Positions 53,701 through 64,000 of a DNA stretch of 64,000 nucleotides are shown here, piece by piece. Origin of the DNA: Antedon mediterranea (lineage: Eukaryota; Animalia; Echinodermata); NCBI RefSeq assembly GCF_964355755.1, contig NC_092679.1, positions 15,545,432-15,609,431 of the forward strand, given 5' to 3'. Below the pieces are notes generated by a model. That model ran no database searches and was not told the origin of the DNA. It saw only the letters and a program-made list of their open reading frames with translations. How positions within the stretch are numbered: position 1 is the stretch's first letter; each line of letters starts with the position of its first letter. The position numbers and the translations under genes were made by a program.

Positions 53701-56700
53701 TTTTAATAGTGAGTACGTCATAAATTATCATTAAGAAATAATAGCCAAGGCTGTATCCTGCTGGTTGCTATGTTTGATTGGCATCTGCTATGGCGTTTAG
53801 CTGCATGCTTCTCTACCATCCAGTCTACAGTAGTATGTCTAAACTATAACAGTATATTTATTGGAATACCAGTAATATGTACTGTATTCGTCCATTAGGC
53901 CGCTGGAAATACATTACATGGTTCTCGTCAGCGCCAGCTCGCGATTTTAGGCCCCGCACCCAAAAAGTTCATCTTTGTGTATATAAAAACAGTGGTAAAT
54001 ATGGTAAAAGTACAAATTTTTTTATATTTTTATGAAAATCCCACTCACCTCCCGTCGATCGTGAACGCTCAAACCATTGTGTATGTGATCGCACAATTTC
54101 GCAACATAAAGTGTGTATATTAATCGTCGCGGACCGCCATCTTTCCGTATTTTGAGCCTCATTCTGAAACCAAGTATTCTAGTCCAGGCGTGAGCGTGTG
54201 TTTGTCATATCCACACGCGATATCCATACCTTGCATCAGAATTGAACGAGGTCTACCGCGTTTTTTTTTTATCTGCTGCTCTCGTACATTTCGCGATCGA
54301 TCGTCGTGACTAGCTACCTCTCTGCCTACGACATTATTGCATTCAAGGTTTATTTCACTTAATTAAAATACTGTGATGAAAGATGAACGTTGACAAAAAT
54401 CCCGCACCAACTTTTTGATAAGTGCTGACGAGAACCATGTAATGTATTTCCAGCAGCCTTAGCTACAAAAAGTACCAGTTTACTACTCCCAAATAGTGCA
54501 AGTTACAGTAAAACCCCTACTTTTGGAGCACCCCTATTCATGATCCAACACCCATATATACAGAGACAATTTCCTCTGAAGGGGAACTATATTTTTTAAC
54601 ACAATGGCCAACCCCTATACAGGAGACTCCCCAATTAAGTGGACACTTTGACCTGAAACTACTGTGTAGTAAATTGACAGGTTTCTTGCAGTTTGAAGAA
54701 AATCTTTTTATTAATCATAGTCAATAGTTAGGAGGTTGATAAGTGAAAATTAAACTGGGTGGAGGCCTATAATGAATTGGTGGAAGAAGAAGCACAACTC
54801 GACAAGTCTTTATTGTGACAATAGGCTTACAAAGAAACAATAGACGATGTAGAACACAGACAATAGGAAACATAAACAACAATGCCCCTGTCCACTTACA
54901 TGGTCTTGCTAGTATACTACTACTACAGCTACACATGTAGCAAGGCAATTGTATGACCTACTGAATATTAAAGTCTTCCATGGACATATTCTATGGCAAT
55001 ATAGTATTAATCAACAGAACATCTAGACAATATTTTTTGGATCACGCCTTGGCCCAATAGTCTAAATGTAAAGCTTTGCAAGTTGCTATCTCTCAGACTG
55101 ATACTGTATTTATTTATTTATTTATTTCGTTTTCTTTTAGTAGGGTAGCCCTCTCAGTAATAAAATAAAACTGCTCTTCCGAGGGGCCCTACGGCACATT
55201 TAAACAAAATTTGAAAACAACTTAAACTAAACTTAAACTAAAACTTAAACTAAAACTAAACTTCAATAAATTATTGATGTTAAAAACCTTGGTTTTTAAA
55301 GATGCGCCTCATAGGCAAATATCCAAGATACAGTATACCAATGGTCTGCAGTATTTAATTAAGGACGTGACTGATAAAATAAGACATTTTCCATACTTGC
55401 CATCCCATTCGAAGGATAAAACTCTCAATTCCAGATACTAATGCAATACATACAGTATTAAAATAATTAAAACTACAAATAAATCTAAAACTTTCTATGC
55501 ATTTAACAATTCTTTTCATAATAATTGTATTCAAAATGGAAATTAAAGAATAAGTTTGATTTCAAAAGAAAATTATAAAGCTATATCATTTTTGTTAAAA
55601 AGCTAAGACCAACCCCACCTAGTTTTCAACCTCACCCTAACAATAGAAGGATGGTTATTGTCTGATTTCTATTTTTAAAAGAATTGTGTGATAATATTAA
55701 AAACTACAGTATGGAATACTGTACAAATTTGTACACAGGTTATATTAAAAGCAGTCATTATTATACTGTAACGCAGACGATTTGCTTTGCATTATCTAAG
55801 GGCCTGTTCAGACCTACGGAGTTATGCTTTCGTATTGTACGCGGCGTACAAGTCCATGGGTCTGAACCAGGAAAAGATTAGTGGAAGCCACCTCGTACGA
55901 CACTGATATTTCGTACGCTACGAAAGCTCAAGGTATGAGTTTAGTGGACGTCGCTTACAATACGAAAGTCACGCATCGATGAATATGACCTAGGTTAGAT
56001 ATCTAGCCAATCAAATTACAATATTCGCCACATCACATCGTGACATGTGCTCCTCATCGTACAGCCAAGCTGATCCATTTGTTGTTGTGATCGGTGAACG
56101 TGCGAAAAAATCATACCTTTTGTTTGTTGTTACACTAGGTATACAGTATTATTATTATTAATATTATTATATTAATTAATTTAAAATGCCATCGAAGCGT
56201 GCGCATTGGCGAGAAACCGAAGTAAAATACCTTATTTCATTGGTGGGAAGCCCTGAGTTTAGAGATCGGTTGGAAGTGAAAAACTGGCGTAAAAGCACCG
56301 GCAACAAGATGTCTGTGTTCAACGAGATGGCGGACACGTTAGATAGCAGATGGGCCATCCTCATAATAATAAAGAAGGATTTAAATTATATCCAAACGAA
56401 ATTGAAGGGGTCGTCGTATAAAGCGGCGAAAGACCGAGTAAATAAGTCTGGAGCCGGTGCAAGTACGGGATTTGAACATTTTTCTGCCATAAATGATATT
56501 TTAGGCCTAGACCAAATATAAAAACAAACCCCAAAACGATCGGCTGGTTGGTATGCCTGACAACCCATCGATAATGCCGAGACCAAGTGTTCGGTCTAGG
56601 CCTGTAACTCTTACCCCAACCACTACTACTTTTAATAACAACGAAGGTAGGCCTAGGTCTATACGTGCGTTAGAGTTTGGTTAATCGCCAGCGAGTGACA

Positions 56701-59700
56701 TCATATCCGTTTGTAACGCAACTTCGTTGCAATGAATCTGAACACTTTGCTCTTACGACGCTCATTAAAATATGACCTTGGCTGTGATACGAAAGCATAA
56801 CTCCGTAGGTCTGAACATACCCTAATGCCAGTTATCCTTGGAGAAGTCATCTTTGAGATTCTATATCCTGCTAATCAATTTCAATGCAATCCTATTTTTC
56901 CTTACAAATACTAACTATTTTGATTTAAGTATACTTAATAAATTTACATGAGTTACACAGTTTGCTTATTTACTCAACCTGTATTTTTTTTTTTTTATTA
57001 TTAATTAAATTGTAATATTTGGGTTTTTTTTATAAATATATTTTTATTAAGTTATTTATTGAATTATTTGGGAAAATTAAATAAGCCAAACACTAGTATG
57101 ACTAAAAATACACAAACCAATAGTGGTGTGGTCACGGACGATACCACTAGCTTGGAAGGGAAGACTAAGAATATTTTTACTTTTCGATATTTTTTCCCCT
57201 CGACGGGGAAAAGGCATGTTGGTTTATCCAGGTAAGCCACAGTAGTAATACAATAGACTTCAAACTGTGCAGATTTGGTAAAAACGGAAGCCTAACTGTT
57301 TCACAACTAACTGTAGCACAAACTGCCTGCCAACATTTCTTGGACCATAAAGAAAAAACCAAATCTTAAATTGCCATGGATTGGAAGAGGCTTTGGCAAA
57401 GTTTACACAACTTTTATTATGCTTTACAGAATCTGTACAGCAAACTCTCTGAATACTGGACACCTTTTGGCTCGCTGGCCTAACCAGACTGTATTTCTAG
57501 AAATTCTGGTATATTCTGAATGTGGTTTTAATGGTAAAAAAGAAATAATAGAGAACTTCTGGTTTTGATAGTCAAGCTCTGTCTACACTATCAAACTTTA
57601 TGTCATGTGCTGAAATATGGTAGTGATATGCTCAAGTATGGTAGTGATATGATGACATCATCATGTCCATGGGCGGCACATCACATTTTTTTGTCACTAG
57701 AGTTTGATAATGTAGGCAGAGCTTAGGTTGACTACTGTACAGTTAGAATATTTATGATTATCCATATGAACATTCATTATGGCTGATACAGTGATATCTA
57801 CTAAAGCTTTAAACTTCTGACATAAAATAACATCTTCTATCATTACCTTCATCTCCTCGGTTTATAAAATTGACAAATAATTTTGTAAAAGGATTTCAAA
57901 ATGAAAATATTATTCACTTGAAGTAGTATTAATATAGCAGAGTAAATTACATATTTAGGTTGTCGGTTGATAGAGCAAGGGCTATGTTTGTGTAGCACTT
58001 AGGCAGGCATTAATGTAGTTCACTTGATGCATTGCATTATTTGACAAGCATGTTGTGTTTGTAACGATCTTCTTAATGGATTGCTAAACTGGGATTTTAA
58101 ATGAAAACAAATCACAATATCATATATGTACAAAATACATGGATTTAACGGCAAAAAAAAATCAATTTACACATTGCTACCATTACCATGGCTTTGGAAC
58201 CGTACAAGGATTAAAGTGACACTTTATACATGTATTTAACTTCATTGATGAGGAAGTGTCCATTCCGAAGTCTTGTCATTTGTAAAGGTAGACAAACTGT
58301 GCATAAAAAAAAATTTTAGAATGCTACACTTGAGGACATAGATTGCAGATTGTACCATTTATGGAGAAGGACGTTTAGCAAATTTTCTAATCTTCAAGAC
58401 ATACTGTATAGGCTATTGCTTGTTTATCCAGGTATATACTGTACACTAGGCATAAACAAACTATGCAAAGGTGCATTATGTTCAGATTAAAACAACTTTA
58501 AAATCAATATCTGTAAAGCTCTATCTACATCAGACTTCATACAAAAACAATTATGGTAGTGCTGACATCATTGTGTCCATATATTTTGTCACATCAAGTT
58601 TGATAGTGTAGACAGAGCTTTAAGTGTTCTGTGTAATGGTGTTTTCAATCTATCAATGGCAATGTCACAAGACACTTAAGCTTTGGTACACTAGGCATGA
58701 CTTACACTTACAACAATTTATTTGAAACTAGCATGTACTGTAAAATGTGTAGAATGTGTTTGATTGAGGTTCAAGGCTTTTACACTGGGTCTGTTTCTGC
58801 TGCATAACGCAATTTAACCGGTTATTTTTAAATAGATTAAAAATAGATAACAATAACAAGACCGCGTTTCTGCTCAATTTGTGCTCCGAAATAACCGGTT
58901 AAATCTATGGGTGGTCGTCGAGCAAAACGTCATCATTACCCAAAATGCAATACACTCAGACGGAAGTAGTAAGTTGGCTGTTTGTTTACATCGACGTCGT
59001 GAGTACACACGTGTGCATATATCGCCGAACATCTCACTCAAACATGTTAAAAAAATAAAATGTTGTCTCCAGGTCTACAAGTTTTGTTTTTTGTAAAGCC
59101 TACTTACATCGCTAATAAAATTAATTCTCATGGCGCCTTCAATAACATGATGGGGAGGGTCGTGCAGCGCCCGATCGCCTAGGATAATTTTTATCCTCAA
59201 CAAAGGCGATGAAATACGGCCCTTCCCACACGTGAACGACTGTTGTCTTTTGCGAGCGCGGTCCTACAAAACACCAAACGGAAAAAAAACGAGACTCAGA
59301 ATGTTGCAATATCTACCAAACGAGAGTAGATAATTGTTAATTAATTATGAAAACCCAACTTTTATAGCAAAAATCGTCCGAATTTATGTTAAAAACGATG
59401 AGTTTAGCCACAAAAATTTAAATAAAACGAGAGTAGGCCTATCCAAGTCATACTACATAGAATATCGCACGCACATAGTGCCTTTAATAAAGTAATGAGT
59501 ATTGAACATTATTTCGTATATTTATGTACTAACATAAATAATAACACATTTCTATGCTTAATAAAATCATATTTAATATATTATCAAAGGCTCTGATTAC
59601 CTTTGTTTTCGGTCGATGTGATGTTTTTCTAAAAAATTATATTATGTAAAACGATCAAAGTAAGAATGTTCATTGTTCTCCTATAAAAGGCACTAAGGGC

Positions 59701-60927
59701 GTGCCATAAATACGCTCGTTTGGATTAAGTTTTTGTTGCTAAATTCATCGTTTATAACATAAATTCGGATGATTTTTGCTATAAAATTTGAGTTTTCATA
59801 ATTAATTAACCATTATCTACTATCGTTTGGTAGGTATTTGCAACATTCTGAGTCCCTTTTTTGTTTCAGTTTTGGTGTTTATATAGGACCATCCATACCC
59901 TTCGCGAGTGTGTACTAACGCCTCAAATTGCTTAGCTTTGGGTAGTCCCCGGAACTCCACCCCAAACTCCTCTTTTACTTTCGCAAAAATGCTCTTATTT
60001 ATTATCTGTGATTCTTTTCTATTGCCTGCCATCCTTCCCCGTACTTTCTCTCCCCCCACAACTGAATAACATACATCTTGTGATTTCATTCATCCACATA
60101 CATGTTCACTTCTTCGTTCGACTGTCAAAACCACGAGGAAAACACACATCGTATGCGACGGTATCTGACCCGGGGTCACAACTGTCAATCAAATAACCGT
60201 TATTTCGTGTTGCAGCTAAGAATTGCTCAGCGATAACCGGTTAAACGGCGTTCTAACACCGATTTAAATTGGTGTTTTTAACCGGTTATTTTGCGCTGCC
60301 TTTTAACCGGTTACCACAAATTTGTCCTGTTTCTGCTGCCAAGAAAATGGAGTTAATTTATTCACACCGATTTTAATTTATTCACACCGATTTTAACCGG
60401 TTATTTTTGATGCAGCAGAAACAGGCCCTAAGAATCTAAATTCTCTGCAACATAAAAAAGATGCTTGGCCATTCTGTACAGGAATATGCTTTTCTCCCAC
60501 AATGCAACATGTTGATTGTCACACAGGATTATTATTATTTATTGCCAAAAACCAGTTACAAAAATACAAAAACACAGAAACTGTATAACAAGAGTTCAGG
60601 TTCCATACTCCCAAAGTAACAACTATGATATATAATAAACTATATTAGACAAATAAATTAATAAAAATAAATAAAGGATACAAGGATAAGGGCATTATGG
60701 GATTTCAAACAAGGCTTTATAAATACTGACCATTTGGAACATATCCGGATAAACCGCTTCTGTGATGACACCTCGTCCACTGGTTATATAATCAACAAGT
60801 TCATTTAGAGTCGCCCTCTTGATTTCTTTGCCCCTAAGTTCGACGACTGCATCCATAAAATCGAAAAACACGCAACATTGCTGTAGTTTCTTCACAAACA
60901 GTTCTGGTTGTTCAGCAGGTAGTGTAT
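15408..60927 (-). CDS. PPP2R5E: PP2A B56 regulatory subunit, alpha/beta/epsilon (widerborst) clade; 12 coding exons, 5' exon(s) outside the window
   Basis: B56 motifs [45 protein letters not shown] and [22 protein letters not shown] is the alpha/epsilon-type signature. The symbol is a co-orthologue approximation. Confidence 0.93.
15640..15791. mobile_element. MITE family A
   Basis: Both TIRs intact. Confidence 0.85.
15868..15969 (-). CDS. PPP2R5E: B56 exon ([16 protein letters not shown]...DRQ)
   Basis: Conserved motif, phase 2-2. Confidence 0.95.
16480..17786. mobile_element. Non-autonomous DNA transposon (GGCC-polyA TIR, TTA TSD) containing a nested element
   Basis: TIR GGCC(A)nTAGTTTGTTTGCTGTCA / TGACAGCAAACAAACAA(T)nAGGCC; TTA on both sides. 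Confidence 0.7.
16677..17447. mobile_element. Tc1/mariner (Tc2/Kanga-like, CCGTA termini) non-autonomous element
   Basis: TIR GCGTATATTTCGGTGTATAA.CGCAC / GTGCGACTTATACACCGAAACATACGG, TA flanks, subterminal GTGCGTCTTATAC repeats. Confidence 0.75.
17967..18791. mobile_element. Harbinger-like non-autonomous element
   Basis: Imperfect TIR GGGCCGGATTTATCAA / TTGATAAATGCCAACC, CAG flanks, subterminal CTTAG/CTAAG arrays. Confidence 0.6.
18845..18972 (-). CDS. PPP2R5E: B56 exon ([13 protein letters not shown]...KDHWN)
   Basis: Conserved motif, phase 0-2. Confidence 0.95.
19010..19232 (-). mobile_element. Deu-SINE copy (5'-truncated)
   Basis: Reverse-complement homology to 44930-45170. Confidence 0.75.
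19700..20320. repeat. Diverged ~105-bp tandem repeat x ~6
   Basis: GTGAATTTGGTGCCAGTGAGCCTAGCATT recurs at ~100-110 bp spacing. Confidence 0.85.
20743..20899. mobile_element. Harbinger-type MITE
   Basis: TIR GCTTGGTTCTCACTAGAACGCAAC / GTTGCGTCCTAGTGGGAACCAAGC. Confidence 0.7.
21243..21362 (-). CDS. PPP2R5E: B56 exon ([12 protein letters not shown]...SSPHFQ)
   Basis: Conserved motif, canonical splice sites. Confidence 0.95.
24262..24312 (-). CDS. PPP2R5E: B56 exon ([17 protein letters not shown])
   Basis: Conserved motif, canonical splice sites. Confidence 0.95.
25601..27493 (+). mobile_element. 1.9-kb non-autonomous hAT5-like DNA transposon, copy 1
   Basis: 16-bp TIR CAGGGCTCGCAGAATC, 5-bp TSD AGCAT, subterminal TTGCCC motifs. 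Confidence 0.88.
28094..28147 (-). CDS. PPP2R5E: B56 exon ([18 protein letters not shown])
   Basis: Conserved motif, canonical splice sites. Confidence 0.95.
28659..28767 (-). CDS. PPP2R5E: B56 exon ([14 protein letters not shown]...YHAQ)
   Basis: Conserved motif, phase 2-0. Confidence 0.95.
29531..29753. mobile_element. Mutator-like MITE
   Basis: TIR ACGTCGTGAGGTGGT, 9-bp TSD TAAATTAAA. Confidence 0.7.
30201..30260 (-). CDS. PPP2R5E: B56 exon ([19 protein letters not shown])
   Basis: Conserved motif, phase 2-2. Confidence 0.95.
30450..31125. repeat. 14-bp minisatellite with stepwise unit variants
   Basis: AATGAACATTGAGC grading to ATCGTACATCGAGC and ATTGTACACTGAGC. Confidence 0.95.
32081..32352. 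mobile_element. Two adjacent MITE family A copies (32081-32213 and ~32217-32352)
   Basis: TIRs present; the copies are separated and flanked by TAA. Confidence 0.8.
33338..33649. mobile_element. Tigger/pogo-like MITE with internal 17-bp tandem array (GGGGACACCTCTAATAT x ~10)
   Basis: TA|CAGTAG...CTACTG|TA termini; array at 33374-33550. Confidence 0.65.
34751..36658 (-). mobile_element. 1.9-kb non-autonomous hAT5-like DNA transposon, copy 2 (inverted)
   Basis: Same TIR, 5-bp TSD CCATT, near-identical reverse complement of copy 1. Confidence 0.88.
36926..37056 (-). CDS. PPP2R5E: B56 exon ([18 protein letters not shown]...INHIFL)
   Basis: Conserved motif, phase 0-2. Confidence 0.95.
37221..37381. 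mobile_element. MITE family A (left TIR partly deleted)
   Basis: Right TIR and internal ATATGGTAGTGATAT motif. Confidence 0.75.
39700..40295. repeat. Local patchwork duplication (three GGATGACGACAG.TATGA.GAAAT segments)
   Basis: Direct repeats near 39708, 39951 and 40115. Confidence 0.75.
40538..43397. repeat. 65-bp satellite, 44 near-identical units
   Basis: CTCCCTATGACATGTACACTAGACCTATGACTACAGGCAGAGGCATGTACTATAGGTGCTGTATA; 2860 bp / 65 = 44. Confidence 0.97.
43841..44678 (-). mobile_element. Non-autonomous Harbinger with Myb/SANT ORF remnant
   Basis: TIR GGGCCTGTTTCTGCTGC, ATA flanks, AATACGGTAT arrays; minus-strand frame [44 protein letters not shown]. Confidence 0.8.
44884..45185 (+). 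mobile_element. tRNA-derived Deu-domain SINE, full length
   Basis: Pol III A box TGGCCGAGCGGTTAAG, B box GGTTCGAGGC, then Deu-like core CGGATAAGGACTATAAACCGTAGGTCC...AAGAGTAGGGGGTCACCCCGGTGT; further copies at 19010 and ~50135-50210. Confidence 0.8.
45205..45390. repeat. ~25-bp diverged tandem repeat (AATGAGACAGGTTTGGTATT-like)
   Basis: Visible tandem units. Confidence 0.7.
45587..45725. mobile_element. MITE family A
   Basis: TIRs, TTA TSD. Confidence 0.85.
46359..46590. mobile_element. Penelope-like element end with inverted pseudo-LTR arrangement
   Basis: ~90-bp-arm palindrome (46359-46541) containing CTGAGGA-stem-GAAACGTC, characteristic of PLE pseudo-LTRs. Confidence 0.7.
46401..46448 (-). 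ncRNA. Minimal type I hammerhead ribozyme motif
   Basis: UUC-CUGAGGA-A-GAUCAA(ggcaua)UUGAUC-GAAAC-GUC-GAGAA. Confidence 0.65.
47323..47450. mobile_element. MITE family A (truncated)
   Basis: Left TIR and body only. Confidence 0.7.
47634..47726 (-). CDS. PPP2R5E: B56 exon ([12 protein letters not shown]...QKFVLQ)
   Basis: Conserved motif, canonical splice sites. Confidence 0.95.
48041..48142 (-). CDS. PPP2R5E: B56 exon ([11 protein letters not shown]...WPHLQ)
   Basis: Conserved motif, canonical splice sites. Confidence 0.95.
48950..49165. repeat. ~85-bp tandem repeat x ~2.5
   Basis: GAAGCCTATACTT.GAAA recurs three times. Confidence 0.7.
51040..52350. repeat. Diverged AT-rich tandem repeat, ~150-190-bp units
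   Basis: ATATTTGACCTTTGATCTTTCTTTATAAACTTTATATGTCAAATGTATA recurs about 7 times. Confidence 0.85.
52908..53043. mobile_element. MITE family A
   Basis: TIRs, TAA TSD. Confidence 0.8.
53898..54458. mobile_element. Harbinger-type non-autonomous element
   Basis: ~35-bp TIR GGCCGCTGGAAATACATTACATGGTTCTCGTCAGC, TTA TSD. Confidence 0.8.
55105..55195 (-). mobile_element. Probable LINE (L2/CR1-type) 3' tail
   Basis: AGGGCCCCTC...CAGT/ACTG...GAGGGCTACCCT stem-loop followed by (AAAT)n. Confidence 0.4.
55800..56822 (+). mobile_element. Non-autonomous Harbinger carrying a Myb/SANT ORF
   Basis: ~36-bp TIR GGGCCTGTTCAGACCTACGGAGTTATGCTTTCGTAT, TAA TSD. Confidence 0.85.
56186..56521 (+). CDS. Myb/SANT-like (trihelix) DNA-binding protein of Harbinger ORF1 type, probably truncated
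   Basis: [13 protein letters not shown]...VFNEMADTL...[21 protein letters not shown]...[12 protein letters not shown] pattern inside TIRs. Confidence 0.65.
   Translation: MPSKRAHWRETEVKYLISLVGSPEFRDRLEVKNWRKSTGNKMSVFNEMADTLDSRWAILIIIKKDLNYIQTKLKGSSYKAAKDRVNKSGAGASTGFEHFSAINDILGLDQI
57330..57500 (+). pseudogene. Possible decayed L1/Tx1 LINE ORF2 C-terminal fragment
   Basis: Frameshifted [11 protein letters not shown] / [18 protein letters not shown] resembles the zf-RVT-adjacent region; weak. Confidence 0.25.
57575..57723. mobile_element. MITE family A
   Basis: Both TIRs present. Confidence 0.8.
58517..58619. mobile_element. MITE family A (internally deleted)
   Basis: Both TIRs recognisable. 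Confidence 0.7.
58787..60428 (-). mobile_element. Non-autonomous Harbinger with interrupted Myb/SANT remnant
   Basis: TIR GGGTCTGTTTCTGCTGCAT / ATGCAGCAGAAACAGGCCC, AACCGGTTA arrays; remnant [25 protein letters not shown]. Confidence 0.78.
59260..59890. mobile_element. Nested foldback element with ~175-bp inverted arms
   Basis: 59260-59436 is the diverged reverse complement of ~59710-59890. Confidence 0.7.
60731..60927 (-). CDS. PPP2R5E: B56 exon ([18 protein letters not shown]...YPDMFQM)
   Basis: TAG/GTCAGT sites, phase 1-0. Confidence 0.93.
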
Positions 60928-61799
60928 CTAATAAAAAAAATATACTATTACTAAAATTAGAATAAATGGCACTTGGGAATATTAAGATGAAAACAAGTTT
61001 AGTAGAAATCCAATTTGCAACCTTGCAAATGACAAAATGAAAATGTGTTAAATTAAGTTTATTCAATTTCAATAAATAAATTTAAAGGCTAGCACACGTC
61101 GTGAGGTATCCATATTCTGCCAATTACCAAAGACACCAACAGTACAGGTTTTAAATTGAAAAGGACGTCACATGTTTGTGTATACTGTCGTTCCCTATGT
61201 ATGGACCAATAGACAAACTGACCAATAGAAAAAACTGACCAATAGACAAACTGACCTACTGTAAACTACCTTAACTTTAGTTACTTAGTACCAAGCGGAC
61301 GCTAAAAGTGTTATGATTGTGATCTATTTTCATATTGCAATAAAATAGAAAGGAAATTTATATATCATTTAATCAGTAAATTGGCCTTCTATTCTAAAGA
61401 AACATTATACATAATACTAATGATGATAATGTACTTTATGCAATAATATTAAGGTCAACGAATTGTTAATTAAAGGCACGATTGAGGTTGTCTACACAGG
61501 AAGTACTGTACTGAACCAGTATGTTGTATTTTTAATGGGAATGAATACACAAAATTAATTCTTCATGAAAAATGTTTCTTTTGATATTAAAAAACTATTT
61601 TTGAATCAATCGGTGTACTCTGTACACTATACTGTATGGTACTACTAGTAGAAATAGCAAGTTTTTGTATGGGGACGATAGAGGATCAAGATTGAGAGAT
61701 TTAACCAATCATAACAGCATGTGTAAAATGGACGTCTACCGTACCGAAACCAAAGCTTGCTAATATCAATACTTTTAAACTGTTTCTTCTATCACCTAA

Positions 61800-62186
61800 A
61801 GCCTGGCGCACACTATAGATATCGGCTGAGCCAACTGGCACAAATAACACTTTGCTCACTGTGTGCGCTGGACAATTCGTGAGGAATCGACCACGTGTGC
61901 CAGTGACGAAAATATCTATCGTGTTTAATATTTTTTGTCACGCTTGTCATTTCCTCAAGTTTGCGCTAACTTAAAAGTTCCACTGCACATGACATATTCT
62001 GCTTAATCAAAATATGTCAGCGCGCCGTATAGCGTAGTAAGTAATTATGCAATCAGAAAATCGCGTACTGAAGGCGTTTAGCATGTGTCCGATAGAACGC
62101 GATCACAGTTTGCGATAAATTTTTTAGTGAGCAAAGTGTCATTTGTGCCAGTTGGCTCAGCCGATAGCTACTGTGTGCGCCGGACT
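61800..62186. mobile_element. Harbinger-type MITE with ~60-bp TIRs
   Basis: AGCCTGGCGCACAC...CACTTTGCTCACT and its complement, TAA TSD. Confidence 0.82.
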
Positions 62187-64000
62187 TAATGAAGGTAGCC
62201 TCTTAATTAATAGTGCCTGTCCCTCCGCAAAATACTAGATCAACTAAGTCTTATCCTCCACCTTCAAGCATCTATTGTTTAAAAATCACAATTTATCAGA
62301 GATCATCAGAGATGTTGACATTTTGTACAATAACCGACAGGGAATTTCCCACAACAGCAACATATTGGACTTAAGTATTAAGTAGTAACGGCAAGACATA
62401 ATTAGTAGTCATTATTAATAGAAACAACTTAGAAATAGGTTATTGAACTAATGATGAGTACATTTAATTTTTTTTGTATAATATTTTTTTACGAACCGAC
62501 TCGAAATTCATCCTAGCAATGTTCTATGAGATTTGTTTTTTATTTTAAAACTACAGTAGCTAATGTTTGCTGGTTGTAATTTTTTTGGGAAAAAAATAGC
62601 AATACAGTAGGCACTGTACAGTACTTGAATTTGATGTGCTAATTTCTGTATAACCTAATGTAAAAGGTTTTCTATTAGAAATTCTATCTAATGCATACAT
62701 TTTGTATCCCTGGCAAATGAAACTCAACTATTGTACATCTTGACCTTTGAGGTGTTGGAAGCTAGCTTATTATGTAAAATAAAAGATCGACACTTTGCAG
62801 ATTAATTTAAAGTAGTCTCGGTAAATCTATTTAGGAGGTAGGTCAAGGCTTAATCCACGGTGTTAGAAAAGACATTGTTAATAGATTAAATATGAAGAGA
62901 GCTACAAAGATAAAACACTAAGGTAAAATAGTCCATACTTTATTTAATATAAATGTACTAGAAGTATTATTGCACTTTAGTTAAGTTATATACTCATACT
63001 TTCGCTTTTCACTTAATTAATGATATGTAGGATGCGTTCACGTGTGTGTTTTTTTTCTCTGTCTGTATGTTTACACTCTCAATCAATTAGAAAGGCTGAT
63101 CAGCTGCATATGTTTAAACACAATTTTATATATTGCTTTGAATCTCTCTGTTTGCACCATGTAATCTGACAACATTGACATTTCACTACACTATTCAATT
63201 CTTCAGAATTCCACATTATTTTAAAATTATAAACAACCTACAGTAGACAGATACAATACAGTACTGTAGGTATGGCGTTTGTACAGTTTAGCAATTACCC
63301 CTCATACTGTGATTATAAACAATTAAATAAACAAGTTGTTCATTACATACATCGTTTAATGTTTCACTAAATAAAAATAAACAAGTTATGTTTTTTTACA
63401 GTCATAGCTTTTTGTTTACTGTAAATAGGAGTTCATGGAATAACATTATGTTTAAATACAGTAGCCTCTTATTTATTAGAATTAATTCTAGGTACTGTGG
63501 TACTGTAAGGGGCTGTTCAGATCTACTGTATGGACACAGTACCATATGCAGCATCATGCAGCACAAAATCCATACTGTACTACTGTAGCTAGCAAAGGTT
63601 TCATTAACCATCTACAGTAAAATGACATGGATGATTAGCCTTAAAAAAATCTCACCTAATTCAATTCCAAAGTCATGGAAATAAACTGGGATATTTTTAC
63701 TGTATTAATAATAAACATTTTAAATGCGTCCGTGTCATCTAATAATACCGACAGACTACATTTTGACCTTTCAGTGAATTAGTCTCATTCAATTCACTGT
63801 GTTTATAATAGCTAAATCCGTATAGTAGTATACTTTAGTACTACTATGTACTCTAGTCTATTGCTATTGACCATGATACGACATGCTTTGACGTCAATCC
63901 TACCTGGCATTTTAACTCAACAGAATTTATAATGTGAATATGTCATAGCTGCTGAGCTGCTACTGTAGCATACAGTGGATTTCTCGATGTTGGGCACATA

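Overview
AT-rich, intron-containing animal genomic DNA. A Deu-domain SINE suggests an invertebrate deuterostome (inference). Two protein-coding genes lie in tandem on the minus strand. (1) A complete 16-exon SEL1L/Hrd3 orthologue (ATG 10921, TAG 994, 978 aa by my exon assembly) with signal peptide, SEL1-like repeats, a C-terminal transmembrane helix and an unusual 1080-nt Gln-rich repetitive exon 2. (2) Twelve coding exons of a PP2A B56 regulatory subunit of the alpha/beta/epsilon (widerborst) clade (60927 to stop at 15408); its first coding exon lies beyond the window. All splice junctions are GT-AG and phase-consistent. The introns hold many non-autonomous DNA transposons (PIF/Harbinger, hAT5-like, P-like, Tc2-like, Mutator-like), Deu-SINEs and minisatellites. 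I found no clearly new gene system. The best leads are a near-identical inverted 1.9-kb transposon pair bracketing three B56 exons, a Penelope-type inverted repeat with an intact minimal hammerhead ribozyme on the transcribed strand, the Gln-rich SEL1L exon, and three Harbinger derivatives that retain only Myb/SANT coding remnants.
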